From an uncultured virus (IMG/VR IMGVR_UViG_3300030329_002238) (taxonomy: Duplodnaviria; Heunggongvirae; Uroviricota; Caudoviricetes): a stretch of DNA of 64,000 nt. Shown here piece by piece: positions 1-8,249 of this stretch. The stretch is from the IMG/VR virus record IMGVR_UViG_3300030329_002238; one strand, written 5' to 3'. The notes beneath the pieces are model-generated. The model was not told the origin of the DNA. It did not search any database and saw only the letters and a program-made list of their open reading frames with translations. Each line of letters begins with the position of its first letter. The stretch's first letter is position 1. Made by a program: the position numbers and the translations under genes.

Positions 1-2
1 AT

Positions 3-200
3 GCTGTCCTAGCATTCTTAATACTAGGGCTAATAGTAGCGTTGACTGAACTATGGAGTACTAAAACTCAGAAGAAAAGACTTGAAATAGAGCTTGAATG
101 CTATAAAGCAACAAGATTCTCAATAGAAGAACTAGAAGAGTTTGAGAAGAGCATAGAACGTGAACCATCAATTATCGACCAAATACTTAACAAGGAGTAA
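3..200 (+). CDS. Small membrane protein, 5' truncated by window edge
   Basis: Manual translation AVLAFLILGLIVALTELW...ILNKE*; hydrophobic N-terminal part; ends within the AAGGAG RBS of the next gene. Confidence 0.55.
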   Translation, partial: AVLAFLILGLIVALTELWSTKTQKKRLEIELECYKATRFSIEELEEFEKSIEREPSIIDQILNKE

Positions 201-203
201 ATC

Positions 204-350
204 ATGGAAATATTTATAGGACTTATCATAGGCTTAATACTAGGCTTCTTTGGGTCATTTCACATATTTGTACAACAACTAGAAGAAATGACTGAAGAAG
301 AGTTACTTTGGACCAATAAAGTTTTAAAGGAGTTGGACAATGAACGTTAG
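204..350 (+). CDS. Small membrane protein (48 aa, not in ORF track)
   Basis: MEIFIGLIIGLILGFFGSFHIFV...NER*; AAGGAG RBS upstream. Confidence 0.7.
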   Translation: MEIFIGLIIGLILGFFGSFHIFVQQLEEMTEEELLWTNKVLKELDNER

Positions 351-585
351 CATTCAACAAGAAATTGGACGTTTAAAAGAGGTGCATGATTTAGAAAGCC
401 CTAGCTTTAATAGATATGAAAGAACCATAAGGTCATTATCTATACCTAAACCTATAGGACCTTATGGAGCAGACGTTCAAACTTATACTGATGAAGAAGT
501 AACAACAGCTATATTCCAAGAGATATGTGAATGGATAGTCATTTCTAACAGATATCACATATGGGAAAGAGGAGTATTAATATGA
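340..585 (+). CDS. Hypothetical early protein, paralogue family A
   Basis: AAGGAG RBS; begins MNVSIQQE like the next ORF. Confidence 0.7.
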   Translation: MNVSIQQEIGRLKEVHDLESPSFNRYERTIRSLSIPKPIGPYGADVQTYTDEEVTTAIFQEICEWIVISNRYHIWERGVLI

Positions 586-818
586 ACGTTAGCATTCAAC
601 AAGAGACTGAACGTTTGATAAATGTTCATTCTGGTGGAGTCAATCCCCATGAAACTCATATGTTATTTGACGACTTTGATGATGTAGAGATGTTTATACT
701 TATGTGTGACTTTGTTAGATATAAGTATTGTGACAGATATCTATTATATTACTTACAAAGTTCATGGAATTTCCGATGGGGAAGAAATCTTCCCCTTGGA
801 ATAGGTCCCTTTTGTTAG
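582..818 (+). CDS. Hypothetical early protein, paralogue family A
   Basis: ATG at 582 with GAGGAG RBS, ATGA overlap with the previous stop; first 23 nt identical to the ORF at 340. Confidence 0.7.
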   Translation: MNVSIQQETERLINVHSGGVNPHETHMLFDDFDDVEMFILMCDFVRYKYCDRYLLYYLQSSWNFRWGRNLPLGIGPFC

Positions 819-906
819 GGATTGTAGTTTGATTAAACCTCGACGATGTATGTTGGGTGTTTTTTCATATTTTTTAATAACCAGCTATTTATAAGGAGAA
901 ATTATT

Positions 907-1632
907 ATGGCTAAATCACAATTTGACCCAAGTGAATTGGAAACTGAAGAGTTACTTACACCTGAAACGACTGATAAAGACGCTTTCAATGATGATACTT
1001 TAGCAGACCCTGAGGGTGCTGAAGCTAGAGAACCTCAAAACAGAGGCACTCTGTATCCAACATATCTATATCGTGACTATAAAGTCGGCGAAAACGATGC
1101 GTTGGTTCCTAATCAATCAGCTATTGATGCAGTTATGGCTATCTTTGAAGAGAAAGCTGAAACACCAGTTGCTGAAGGTAAGGAGAAGCAATTTGCTAAA
1201 GACCTTAAAACAGTTGTAGCTGGCAGAAAGCCACTACTAGCTGTTGATGCACCATCATCTGGTATTCAATGCCTTCGTGAGATGACTAATGCATGGAGTG
1301 AGTTTGCTAGTCTAGTATATGACTATATAAATTCTTCTCAATCGCATAGTAAAGAAACCCAAATGCCTGATTGGCTACTTCAACGTGAAGCCAAAATGGT
1401 AGACATGGGCTACAAAGCAAGGCTATTGAGAGATGCTAATTCTGAATTATTCAGCGACTATAACTTACCCGGTAAGTTTGAGCTGAATAGAACAAGAGTT
1501 AGACAATCAATCGAATCTAGGTTCGAAAGATTAGCAGCTTGGCATACTTCCCAGCATAGAGAATCTACTGCTGGCGATAAGATGCAGAAAGCGAGCTCTG
1601 AATTCGCACAAAGTATTGCGGATAACGCTTAA
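907..1632 (+). CDS. Hypothetical protein (241 aa), acidic N-terminus
   Basis: TAAGGAG RBS; long ORF; no family recognised. Confidence 0.8.
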   Translation: MAKSQFDPSELETEELLTPETTDKDAFNDDTLADPEGAEAREPQNRGTLYPTYLYRDYKVGENDALVPNQSAIDAVMAIFEEKAETPVAEGKEKQFAKDLKTVVAGRKPLLAVDAPSSGIQCLREMTNAWSEFASLVYDYINSSQSHSKETQMPDWLLQREAKMVDMGYKARLLRDANSELFSDYNLPGKFELNRTRVRQSIESRFERLAAWHTSQHRESTAGDKMQKASSEFAQSIADNA

Positions 1633-1720
1633 ATAGTTTTATGAGTTGACTTAAGCATAGAAGAAGGTGGTAAAAAATAACCCCACAGTATGAGCAACTA
1701 TGCAAAGTAACTCACTAGAA

Positions 1721-1733
1721 CTCCCCCGGAGCA
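1721..1733. repeat. CTCCCCCGGAGCA dispersed motif, copy 1
   Basis: Exact copies at 8983-8995 and 10009-10021; one-mismatch copy at 11281-11293. Confidence 0.8.
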
Positions 1734-1793
1734 AAAAGATAGAGAAGTTTGTCTATTTAATCTCTATCTTATAGAAGAAATAGACTAGAAATC

Positions 1794-1845
1794 GCCCAGT
1801 AAGCTGTCTTGAATCATCAAAAGCAGAGCTTGCTGGGCTTTTTTT
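1794..1845 (+). terminator. Rho-independent terminator
   Basis: GCCCAGTAAGCT/AGCTTGCTGGGC stem followed by T7. Confidence 0.85.
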
Positions 1846-1874
1846 ATGCCAACAAGGAATAAGAATTAACACAA

Positions 1875-2207
1875 CCAATGATGTAGTTCTGGGAAGGTTG
1901 GTAAACTTCACGGTGCTGAAGGTTCATTGGAAGCACCACTAACACTAGGCCTAATTTGTGCAGTATTAAAAGACGCTAAGTGGGCACGATAGAGCGATTA
2001 CCTACTTCTGATCGTTAATTTAATAACATTGCCCACTAATGCAAATCTGGCGAAATGTTATTAAAAAAGAAGTAAATAGCCAAGGGTTTTATTCAATATT
2101 ATTGGTTTACCTTCATTGAGGGATTAGCTCACCCAAGAAGCTAGGAACGAGTTAGTGCAGAGTGGTATCCTTAAATTGCCACTTTGCACGTTTTTATTAA
2201 CCAATAA
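1875..2207 (+). ncRNA. Candidate structured RNA(s) with interleaved stems
   Basis: Multiple 6-13 bp complementary segments, several interleaved; no ORF in the track. Confidence 0.5.
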
Positions 2208-2258
2208 AGGAACCGATTTATGAGAACATTACCATTAAATTTAGAAAGGAGAATAACT

Positions 2259-2663
2259 ATGGGATTAGATCAATATGGTGGTTGGTTACAAAAACCAACT
2301 AAAGAAGAACAATTACATAGCAAAATTGTAAATCAACCTATATTTGAACATAACTGTGAGTTTGACTGGCGTAAACATGCAAAATTACAAAAGTTTATGG
2401 AAGACATATGGTATACCCGAGAAACTGACGGGGAAGACATGTTTAATGGTCAAACATTATTACTCACTAAGGAAGATATATTAAATTTGCAACAGGTTTT
2501 ATTAAATGATAATTTACCTGAATCTGAAGGTGGGTTCTTTTTTGGACATCAATTTCAAGATGAGTCTGCTAAACAATACAAAGAACAAGATCTAGAATTC
2601 TGTAAAGAAGCACTCAAATGGCTAGATGAAGGCAAAGAAGTATTTTATGAGTGCTCGTGGTAA
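2259..2663 (+). CDS. Conserved phage protein of the MGLDQY...WRKH...Y.CSW type
   Basis: AAGGAG RBS before ATG 2259; motif pattern recalled from a widespread phage hypothetical family. Confidence 0.75.
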   Translation: MGLDQYGGWLQKPTKEEQLHSKIVNQPIFEHNCEFDWRKHAKLQKFMEDIWYTRETDGEDMFNGQTLLLTKEDILNLQQVLLNDNLPESEGGFFFGHQFQDESAKQYKEQDLEFCKEALKWLDEGKEVFYECSW

Positions 2664-2665
2664 AA

Positions 2666-2860
2666 ATGAACATTGAACAAGAAAATAAACGGCTATTAGA
2701 TGTTTGCTTACAAAAACATGACTTTATTGGTTTTTACCATAGTTCAATGCTACCAAGTAATGCTGAACCTTTACCTTGGTTTAAAATGATGTGTGACTAT
2801 ATAGCTTATAATGCTGTCGACATTTATGAATATAATCAATGGTGTAAAGAACGTAGGTAG
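2666..2860 (+). CDS. Hypothetical early protein, paralogue family A (divergent)
   Basis: MNIEQENKRLLDV...FKMMCDYIAY resembles the ORFs at 340 and 582. Confidence 0.6.
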   Translation: MNIEQENKRLLDVCLQKHDFIGFYHSSMLPSNAEPLPWFKMMCDYIAYNAVDIYEYNQWCKERR

Positions 2861-2951
2861 GGATGTTATAGAGAGTAGGACGACTTCCTGGCGAGGAAGA
2901 GTAAGATAGGCCACGCTATAATTACCCCTACCGTTTTTATTTTAAGTTCCC

Positions 2952-3062
2952 GAAGTATGTAATAGACACGACCTTGTGGGTGTAATTGGTATATACCGTA
3001 AGATGCTGAGTTAATCAAAGCAACCCCTCAGTCCAACTGATACCGTCAATGTTACATACTTC
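2952..3062 (+). ncRNA. Boxed stem-closed RNA unit 1
   Basis: GAAGTATGTAATA/TGTTACATACTTC closing stem; boxes GACACGACC and TGATACCGTCAA. Confidence 0.7.
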
Positions 3063-3072
3063 ACTAGTTTCC

Positions 3073-3168
3073 GAAATACACAATAGACACGACCAGGTAC
3101 CAGCTGCAGCGAAGTGAACACGAGTACACGGGCGTTCACCCTTTGACACCGTCAATGTTGTGTATTTC
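3073..3168 (+). ncRNA. Boxed stem-closed RNA unit 2
   Basis: GAAATACACAATA/TGTTGTGTATTTC closing stem, compensatory changes relative to unit 1; boxes GACACGACC and TGACACCGTCAA. Confidence 0.7.
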
Positions 3169-3300
3169 ACCAAACAAAAGAACCCTTGCAAAGGTAGGAG
3201 GTTACACCAAAATCCCGGTAGACTAGCGTGTGTAATCATATAGTCAAAGAAGGTCGCACCTTCCATGCACAATGTTCCTCCGATTTTTGCATAAGTTCCC

Positions 3301-3493
3301 GTAATGTGCAGTTAATGAAACGACCACTGACAGCCTGCATTGTAATGATATATCACGCATGGCGAGGAGTTGCATTAACAGCTGGCCTCTAAAAGGGCGT
3401 AAAACAACCTTAGGTCTGATACATAGGTAGTGGTTTGCTGAATTTAAAACTTAAGCACAAACCCGAAAAAACTGAACCCTAACTGTACATTAC
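3301..3493 (+). ncRNA. Boxed stem-closed RNA unit 3 (long)
   Basis: GTAATGTGCAGTTA/TAACTGTACATTAC closing stem; GAAACGACC and TGAACCC boxes; same AAGTTCCC leader as unit 1. Confidence 0.6.
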
Positions 3494-3583
3494 AACCCTG
3501 CGACAGTATATGTCGCATGTGTAAGTTATTATCCTACGATGATATTTTTTATGTATTTCTATAAACCAAATAAGGAGTAAATT

Positions 3584-4618
3584 ATGGCACAAGAAATGAA
3601 TATCCCCCCAATTAAGGCTCAAGATTTATCAAAAGAAATTATTGATAATGTTCGAGCTGGTATTAATACATTTGTCTGGGGTCCCCCAGGTATAGGTAAA
3701 TCACAATTAATGCATCAAGTTGCAAGTAAATTAGAAAGACCAATATTGGACTTTCGTGCAAATTTATTTGATCCAGTAGATGTGCGTGGAATACCTTTTC
3801 ACGAAGCTATGGAAGGAACTAATATGACATATTGGGCACCACCTAGCATCTTCCCTTACGAGCATAGAGATTCACCAGAAGGTATTTTCTTTCTAGATGA
3901 ATTAACTACAGCACCTACAGCCACACAAAATGCTTTCTTACAACTATGTCTAGACGGAAAAGTTGGTGATTACAATTTACCAAATGGCTGGTCAATAGTT
4001 GGTGCAAGTAACAGATTAGCAGATATGGCAGCTGTTTATGAAATGACATCAGCTATGAAAGATAGATGGCTTCATTATGTATTAGAACCTAATGTAGAAA
4101 ATTGGTGTGAATGGGCAGCTGAAAATAACATATCAGATGTTATAACTTCTTTTATAAGATTTAGACCAAATTTATTACATGATTTTGATCCTACCTATAC
4201 TGCATTTCCAACTCCTAGAAGTTATGAAGTTTTAAATAAGAAACTACAAATGAATGATAATTCAGAAGAAGCTAGATTCTTTGCTGGAGTATCAGCTATT
4301 TTAGGACAAGGTGCAGCAGGTGAATTTGTAACGTTTAAAGAAAACAGAGACAAAATGCCTGATATAGAGAGCATCATTAGACAACCTAATGCAGCAAAAG
4401 TTCCTAAAGATGAACCTGCAATCATGTATGCAATAGCAGGTGCATTAGCAGCTAAAGCTACATCTGATAACTTTGACAAAATATGTACTTATGCAGGACG
4501 TATGGCTCCAGAGTTTCAAGTAGTTTTAATGAGAGATTCATTGTCTAGAACCAGATCATTGGGATCGCACCCTGCATATCAGCAGTGGGTTAGTAAAAAC
4601 GCAACGGAGATATTGTAA
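3584..4618 (+). CDS. MoxR-type AAA+ ATPase
   Basis: Walker A GPPGIGKS, Walker B FFLDE, sensor GASN, MKDRW; partner vWA gene downstream. Confidence 0.9.
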   Translation: MAQEMNIPPIKAQDLSKEIIDNVRAGINTFVWGPPGIGKSQLMHQVASKLERPILDFRANLFDPVDVRGIPFHEAMEGTNMTYWAPPSIFPYEHRDSPEGIFFLDELTTAPTATQNAFLQLCLDGKVGDYNLPNGWSIVGASNRLADMAAVYEMTSAMKDRWLHYVLEPNVENWCEWAAENNISDVITSFIRFRPNLLHDFDPTYTAFPTPRSYEVLNKKLQMNDNSEEARFFAGVSAILGQGAAGEFVTFKENRDKMPDIESIIRQPNAAKVPKDEPAIMYAIAGALAAKATSDNFDKICTYAGRMAPEFQVVLMRDSLSRTRSLGSHPAYQQWVSKNATEIL

Positions 4619-5256
4619 TGGCAACAGTAAGAATGAGCGACAGACTTGTATGGGGTATACGAGATGAAGCTAAAAATCAATTTGATAACATAAACCCAAA
4701 GAAAGAATTTCCTATGTCTATAGGAGATGCTATTTATAAGGAAAAAATTGCACCCTTCATAAATAAAATTACACCTATAGTTGAGGAATATAACTTTAGA
4801 GATGTTTTTAAGCTAGAAGCTCATGAAGAGTTATCGGTAGGATTATTAGGTGTAGATAACACTGTATCAGATAATGCTAAGATTCCTATGAGTGCTTCAA
4901 GAGACCTCCCTACATATCGTTATGGTTCTTGTACCATAGATTTAGAAGCTACTGATGAAAATGCTATAGCAATTAAAGAAATATTAAACTTTAATGAAGA
5001 CATTGGAATTCGTAGAACAGAATACGAAGATAAAGTAAAAGAAGCTTTAGGAAATTTTACTACTCTTAATCAAGCTCTTAAAGCATGGCCTGCTGTTAAG
5101 AAATTAATACCAGATGAAGAAAAACATTTGTTAGCTAGAGTCTATGAGAAAGTTCAAAGGAAAAAGAAACAAGATCAGCAAAGAGCTGAGATTGAATTAA
5201 ATGAAACTGAACTTAACGAAGTAATCTTAACTAATTCATTAATAGGAGGAGACTAA
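4618..5256 (+). CDS. Hypothetical protein, possibly Nmad5-like
   Basis: C-terminal TTLNQALKAWP pattern recalled from the Nmad5 family; translationally coupled. Confidence 0.5.
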   Translation: MATVRMSDRLVWGIRDEAKNQFDNINPKKEFPMSIGDAIYKEKIAPFINKITPIVEEYNFRDVFKLEAHEELSVGLLGVDNTVSDNAKIPMSASRDLPTYRYGSCTIDLEATDENAIAIKEILNFNEDIGIRRTEYEDKVKEALGNFTTLNQALKAWPAVKKLIPDEEKHLLARVYEKVQRKKKQDQQRAEIELNETELNEVILTNSLIGGD

Positions 5257-5441
5257 TGGGTAAACCTACAAATTGGATAAGAGTATCTAATGCTGACACA
5301 GGACATTACGAAATGTACCAAAATTTTAGAGATGTTTTGTGGGATATGGGTATTGATATATGGAAAGATGAAGATTTAGCATCCGAATCAGCAGTTGATC
5401 TATTTATTTGTTTAGAGAAAAGGGAGGAGACTAATGAGTGA
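5256..5441 (+). CDS. Hypothetical protein
   Basis: GGAGGAG RBS, overlapping operon structure. Confidence 0.65.
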   Translation: MGKPTNWIRVSNADTGHYEMYQNFRDVLWDMGIDIWKDEDLASESAVDLFICLEKREETNE

Positions 5442-6252
5442 TTATCATTGGAACCAAATACACCACAGAAAAAACCTTGATATGCCTGACTTTAGAAAGG
5501 ACTATCCTCTTTTAGTTAAATATTCTGGAGTTTGGAATATTCCTAACGACTTACCTGCTAGAGCACATGTAGAAGCAGAGTGGAATACACAAGATGAAGA
5601 AGCAAGAGCAAAAGAATATGCTTGGGAAATAAAAGTTCATGAAGAAATTCTTATAGAAGAACTTAAATCCACAAGGAAAAATAAACAACATCTTATAGAT
5701 GTATTTGATTATTTCTTTGTAAATGGGTGGAAATACAATAAATATATGTGGAAACCTTTTACAACACAAAATCTTGTAGATGTAAGAACCATAATTCATG
5801 ATTATTTTGCTGCTTCAAATTTTGAAAATGTATATACAAAACTAACTGCAGAGGATAAAGAGTCTTGGCAGTACGTAACTCAGGTGTGGTATAGAATCCC
5901 TCAAACACATGGAATTACACTTCATTTATTAGGTGCCTTTGATAATATTGAAGAACTTAATAAACACATGAATGAAGACTTCTTATTAAGTTTAAAAGAC
6001 TTACAAAGAGAAGATCTAGATTTTAGAAATGTATGGAACTCTTTAAATACATTAGCTCATTTTTATCATGAAGAAAATAAATATGGGAATATTTGGCATA
6101 GGGTAATACCAAATGCTATAGAGGTTAGAGCAGATGATGAACCTATAGGACTTGTTACTAGAGATGAATTCTCTGCAGAAGACGCTAATTGGCAAAGAAG
6201 CAAATACCATAAAGAAGCTTACTTAGACCAGAAAATAAAAGGAAAAATCTAA
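5434..6252 (+). CDS. Hypothetical protein (272 aa)
   Basis: GGAGGAG RBS; long ORF within operon. Confidence 0.75.
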   Translation: MSDYHWNQIHHRKNLDMPDFRKDYPLLVKYSGVWNIPNDLPARAHVEAEWNTQDEEARAKEYAWEIKVHEEILIEELKSTRKNKQHLIDVFDYFFVNGWKYNKYMWKPFTTQNLVDVRTIIHDYFAASNFENVYTKLTAEDKESWQYVTQVWYRIPQTHGITLHLLGAFDNIEELNKHMNEDFLLSLKDLQREDLDFRNVWNSLNTLAHFYHEENKYGNIWHRVIPNAIEVRADDEPIGLVTRDEFSAEDANWQRSKYHKEAYLDQKIKGKI

Positions 6253-6641
6253 TGAGTGAAATGTTATGTGATAAATGCCTAGAGAAAGGCATATTTTCTG
6301 TTCTTGTTCCAGGTAAAGAACTAGACGATTTAAATAATTATTATTGCGAGCAATGCGATGTTTTGTACGATGCTTTAAATAAAGATTCTGGTATTTGTTA
6401 TGGGTGTGATAAAAATATTAAACCTAACCAAGGCAGCTGGTTAGCAAAAGATGGCAATGAATATTGTAACCATTGTTATGACAATGATTTTTATCCAAGG
6501 TTTTATGGGTTTACCAGGACCGACATGATGGAAGGCAAAGCTGGGTTTAATATGGATGGCGAAAAATTACATAAAAAAGATCACAAACTTTTTAAAAAAC
6601 CAAAAATGAAAATTATCAAAAAAATAAAAAATGAGGACTGA
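6252..6641 (+). CDS. Zinc-finger protein
   Basis: Four CxxC pairs (CDKC, CEQC, CYGC, CNHC). Confidence 0.7.
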   Translation: MSEMLCDKCLEKGIFSVLVPGKELDDLNNYYCEQCDVLYDALNKDSGICYGCDKNIKPNQGSWLAKDGNEYCNHCYDNDFYPRFYGFTRTDMMEGKAGFNMDGEKLHKKDHKLFKKPKMKIIKKIKNED

Positions 6642-6897
6642 CTTAGTTTTTCAATTCGACTCTACTGATCACGGCACAATTGATTGGAAATACAACGATG
6701 ATGTAAAGGAAAAAATGTACTACGCACAATGGATGGTTAAAAAGCGAGACGTAGTTGTGCTTACAAAACTACCTGCAGATATCAAAAAGATTGTGCATAC
6801 AGAGTTATTTGAAAGCTTTGCAGAAGAAAACCAACAAGTTAGAGATCATAACAATAAAAAGGCACGTGAGAGACGTGCGAGGAGAAATAATGGCTGA
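6631..6897 (+). CDS. Hypothetical protein
   Basis: Overlapping operon structure. Confidence 0.65.
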   Translation: MRTDLVFQFDSTDHGTIDWKYNDDVKEKMYYAQWMVKKRDVVVLTKLPADIKKIVHTELFESFAEENQQVRDHNNKKARERRARRNNG

Positions 6898-8005
6898 TTC
6901 ATTTACTAGAGCTAGAACAAGATTGTTACTAGACCAACCATTCTTTGGTGCATTAGCATTAAAGTTAATAGTTCAAGAAGATACTACAATGCCGACTGGA
7001 GCTACAGACGGTAAGTATCTCAAATATAACCCTAAGTGGTTTGAAAAATTACCTGAGCCACAGCAAGAAGGGTTCATTGCTCATGAAATTATGCACATAG
7101 TTTACATGCATATGCTACGTAGAGAGCACAGACACCACAAAAAGTGGAATGTAGCTGCAGATTATGTAATTAATTGGAATCTTGTACATGACTGTCACAT
7201 GTCTTTACCAGAAGGAGCATTACTTGATGAGCAATATAGAGACATGACAACTGAGCATGTATATAACTTATTACCAGAAATGGAAGATGAAGATGGTAAC
7301 TCAATACCTTGGGACGATTTACCTACAGACTTCGGTGGTTGTGGTGGAGTAGAAGATGGCCAAGGAGATGGAACAGTTGCAGAACAAAAATGGACCATCG
7401 ATATCAACCAAGCATATCAAGCAGCGAAAATGGCTGGTAAGACACCAGGTGGGTTAACAAAAATTATTGATGAAATAATAAAGCCTAAAGTTAACTGGAA
7501 AACAGTCTTAATGAAGTTTATAACTAATACAGCTAAGAACGATTACAGTTGGTTAAAGCCTAATAGAAGATTTATCGCTAAAGATATGTATCTACCTAGT
7601 CTTTACAGTGAAAGATTAGAATCTATTGTAGTTGCAGTAGATACATCAGGTTCAATCTCTGATGAAGAGCTACAAATATTTGCCTCAGAAACTAGTGCAA
7701 TACTAGGCTTAATGGATCCTGAGAATATACATTTCTTACAGTGTGATACTGAAATAAATCAGCATGACACCTATACAAGACAAAATTTACCTCTAAAAGT
7801 AGAGTTTAAAGGTAGAGGTGGAACAGATTTCGCTCCTGTATGGGAATATATAGAAGAAAATAATCTAAATCCAAAATGCTGTGTCTATTTAACTGACTTA
7901 TATCCATGTGATTGGGGCGAGCAGCCACCATATCCTGTGCTATGGGTAGCAACAACAGATGATGTAGAAGTACCATTTGGTGAAGTTACAAGGATTCAGG
8001 TATAA
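6890..8005 (+). CDS. Zincin-like metallopeptidase plus vWA domain protein (DUF2201-like)
   Basis: ATG 6890 after AGGAG; AHEIMH (HExxH), WNVAADYVIN, MIDAS DTSGS, GGTDF, YLTD. Confidence 0.9.
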   Translation: MADSFTRARTRLLLDQPFFGALALKLIVQEDTTMPTGATDGKYLKYNPKWFEKLPEPQQEGFIAHEIMHIVYMHMLRREHRHHKKWNVAADYVINWNLVHDCHMSLPEGALLDEQYRDMTTEHVYNLLPEMEDEDGNSIPWDDLPTDFGGCGGVEDGQGDGTVAEQKWTIDINQAYQAAKMAGKTPGGLTKIIDEIIKPKVNWKTVLMKFITNTAKNDYSWLKPNRRFIAKDMYLPSLYSERLESIVVAVDTSGSISDEELQIFASETSAILGLMDPENIHFLQCDTEINQHDTYTRQNLPLKVEFKGRGGTDFAPVWEYIEENNLNPKCCVYLTDLYPCDWGEQPPYPVLWVATTDDVEVPFGEVTRIQV

Positions 8006-8006
8006 A

Positions 8007-8249
8007 ATGGAAGAGTGTAAAACCTGGGTAACAATTATTCGATACGGAGATGTAAATTCTCATACTGAACAAATAACTAGCTTTGGAATATTTTCAAATG
8101 AATTTGAAGGTAGAGAATGGGCAAATGAAGCCTATAAAAATGAAAATGTTATAGTTGAAGTAATTCCATTTAATGACCCATTCCCGCCAACTAAACCAGA
8201 CTTAACAATTGTGCAATCTAACGATAAAATAGAGGAGAACAATGAATAA
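8007..8249 (+). CDS. Hypothetical protein
   Basis: ATG just after the vWA stop; within operon. Confidence 0.6.
   Translation: MEECKTWVTIIRYGDVNSHTEQITSFGIFSNEFEGREWANEAYKNENVIVEVIPFNDPFPPTKPDLTIVQSNDKIEENNE

Larger units (their letters stand above)
1642..1845 (+). ncRNA. Candidate structured RNA: long stem, H-type pseudoknot, terminator
   Basis: TGAGTT.ACTT..GCATAG (1642-1660) pairs with 1698-1714; AAGATAGAGA/TCTCTATCTT hairpin whose loop GTCTATTT pairs with downstream AAATAGAC. Confidence 0.55.

Noticed and set aside
3015..3272. 85-aa minus-strand ORF
   Set aside because: It is antisense to early transcription and has no recognisable features; the sequence is better explained by RNA structure.
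2944..3493. CRISPR array or canonical TIGR array
   Set aside because: There are no identical 25-40 nt repeats with uniform spacers. The CCA-N9-TG spacing holds in only two units and only once per unit. No Cas or Nop-domain protein was recognised.
1633..3583. tRNA genes, hammerhead or other known ribozymes
   Set aside because: I found no cloverleaf with a GTTCRA T-loop and no complete CTGANGA...GAAA core by eye. A covariance-model scan is still needed.
6755..6889. Extended N-terminus of the vWA protein as given in the ORF track
   Set aside because: It overlaps the upstream gene; ATG 6890 has a proper RBS. The same reasoning applies to track starts at 561, 2220, 18597, 53777, 62676 and 62878.
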